Source of the DNA: Candidatus Actinomarina sp.
GTDB taxonomy: Bacteria; Actinomycetota; Acidimicrobiia; Actinomarinales; Actinomarinaceae
Assembly (NCBI GenBank): GCA_045563315.1
Contig: JBJKUD010000024.1
Location: forward strand, 1-47,345
Length of the DNA stretch: 47,345 nt
Reading direction: 5' to 3'
Shown: piece by piece, positions 45,876 through 47,345 of the stretch
How positions within the stretch are numbered: the stretch's first letter is position 1
How the letters are laid out: every line of letters starts with the position of its first letter
The notes under the pieces: generated by a model
Told to the model about the DNA's origin: nothing
Databases searched by the model: none
The model's input: only the letters and a program-made list of their open reading frames with translations
Made by a program: the position numbers and the translations under genes

Positions 45876-46789
45876 TAAATCAATGTTATATACGATTTAA
45901 AATTATCATCCTTTGCGTTCACAACATCTTCGTAAGAATTTATTAGATCTGATGTTATCTCTCCAACTTTCCCATTTGAGATGTCATCCCCATCAATACT
46001 TACTACACCAATAACACCTGTTGCTGTTCCTGTAAAAAATACTTCATCGGCATTTTTTAAGTCATCAACAGTCAAATTCTTTTCTTCGATAGAAATGTTT
46101 TTACTTTTTGCAATTTCAATTACTGTTCTTCTCGTGATTCCATTTAAAGCACCTGTTGAATTTGGAGGTGTGAATATATTATTGTTTTTTACAATAAATA
46201 TATTTTGCCCGCTTCCTTCAGCGACAGTCCCATCATCCCCAAGCATGATTGCATCATCATAACCATTATCGACTGCATCAATCTTTGCCAAAGTTGAGTT
46301 CATATACCCACCAACTCCTTTAGCTAGTGGAATAAAACTAGTTGGACTTATCCTTTTCCATTTTGATATACATACATTTACGCCTTCATTGACAGCATCA
46401 TCACCTAAATAAGCACCCCATAGCCAAGCGGCAATTGAAACTCTTACGGGCACACCTGTTGGAAGTAGGCCCATTTCCCCTTCACCGAAGAAAACTAAAG
46501 GCCTTATGTATGCAGATTCAAGTTTGTTTTTGCTTACCACGTCTTTAATAGCTTCAAAGATAACCTCTTTGGTGTATGGAATTTTTAGATTATATGATGC
46601 AGCTGAAGCAAATAATCTATCGACATGGTCGTTAAGCCTAAAAATGGAAACACCTTGTTCTGTATTTCTTGCTCTTATTCCTTCAAATACTCCGGTTCCA
46701 TAATGTAAAGTGTGTGTCATTACGTTTATCTGAGCATTATCCCAATCTACAAATTCACCATCAAACCATATAAAATCAGATTTTTCCAC
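45875..46789 (-). CDS. ilvE: Branched-chain amino acid aminotransferase
   Basis: THTLHYGTGVFEGIRA, YIRP, AK..G.Y.NS, EGSGQN, LNGITR, ADEVFFTGTA. Confidence 0.95.
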   Translation of the reverse strand: MEKSDFIWFDGEFVDWDNAQINVMTHTLHYGTGVFEGIRARNTEQGVSIFRLNDHVDRLFASAASYNLKIPYTKEVIFEAIKDVVSKNKLESAYIRPLVFFGEGEMGLLPTGVPVRVSIAAWLWGAYLGDDAVNEGVNVCISKWKRISPTSFIPLAKGVGGYMNSTLAKIDAVDNGYDDAIMLGDDGTVAEGSGQNIFIVKNNNIFTPPNSTGALNGITRRTVIEIAKSKNISIEEKNLTVDDLKNADEVFFTGTATGVIGVVSIDGDDISNGKVGEITSDLINSYEDVVNAKDDNFKSYITLI

Positions 46790-46849
46790 AGTAAATAAAT
46801 ACTACACCTTTTAAAAGTTCTATCCAAGAAAAATACTATTATTCAAATT

Positions 46850-47326
46850 GTGAAACGTTTTATTGCTTCAGGATTTGGAGTTGGCCTGTTTTGGGAAACT
46901 TTTTTTAAAGATAAAAAAGGTGGAGGAACTTTAGCTTCTTTATTATTTACATTAGCAATCTTCTTCGGCGACAATTGGTATGGGATTTGGAATACACTTA
47001 ACTTATTCATCTTATTTATTGTCCTTATCATTTTGTATTTTGTAACTATCGATGATGATGAAGCGTCTTCAGACCCAAGCTGGATTACACTTGATGAGGT
47101 TTGTGGAATAAGTCTTGTAACACTTGGAGCTGGGACTGAGTTATTGCCGTTAATATCGGGTTTTTTAGTTTTTAGATTAAGTGACATTATGAAACAACCC
47201 TCTTTTGTTGGGGAGCTCGAAAAGATTCCAGGAAAATTAGGTGTTTTATATGACGATTTGGGTGCTGGTTTTATTGGATTAATATCAGCTATGGTTGTGA
47301 ACCAAATTATCCAAATAACTCTTTAA
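46850..47326 (+). CDS. pgpA: Phosphatidylglycerophosphatase A
   Basis: ASGFGVG, GTLASL, DPSWITLDEVCG, FRLSDIMK, DDLGAG. Confidence 0.88.
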   Translation: MKRFIASGFGVGLFWETFFKDKKGGGTLASLLFTLAIFFGDNWYGIWNTLNLFILFIVLIILYFVTIDDDEASSDPSWITLDEVCGISLVTLGAGTELLPLISGFLVFRLSDIMKQPSFVGELEKIPGKLGVLYDDLGAGFIGLISAMVVNQIIQITL

Positions 47327-47345
47327 GTAGAACTTCTTTTACAGA

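Noticed and set aside
307-47187. Short antisense or nested track ORFs (e.g. 307..675, 3386..4154 set, 19265..19591, 21092..21466, 30218..30676, 34762..35064, 46843..47187)
   Set aside because: They lie on or opposite well-supported genes and show no recognisable motifs; treated as shadow ORFs

Overview
A gene-dense, low-GC (roughly 30-33% by eye) bacterial chromosome segment with tiny or overlapping intergenic spaces. Actinobacterial markers (ino1, cofC/fbiD, a PPOX-class F420 enzyme, an Rv2119-like RecB exonuclease, many apparently leaderless genes) suggest a streamlined low-GC actinobacterium such as marine Ca. Actinomarinales; this is inference, not a database result. Contents in order: gabT (5'-partial), ino1, RecB-family nuclease, gdh; a three-gene operon (38-aa Cys/His-rich peptide, unknown 187-aa protein, Rad52/Rad22-family annealing protein) behind a promoter matching the actinobacterial PafBC/RecA-NDp DNA-damage motif; an acyl-CoA catabolic region holding both an ACAD10/11-like dehydrogenase + APH kinase pair and a 4-hydroxybutyryl-CoA dehydratase; a maltodextrin ABC/GH13/malQ cluster with ThuA-like and Gfo/Idh/MocA genes; tatA, a CPA2/TrkA pair, ychF, folD, pyk, cofC, three tRNAs, gltX, ilvE and pgpA. 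No CRISPR array, integrase, transposase or rRNA was seen. Best candidates for an undescribed system: the putative damage-inducible Rad52-like operon (4526-5671) and the dual 4-hydroxyacyl-CoA dehydration cluster (6538-14456). All family calls are by motif recognition without running searches.
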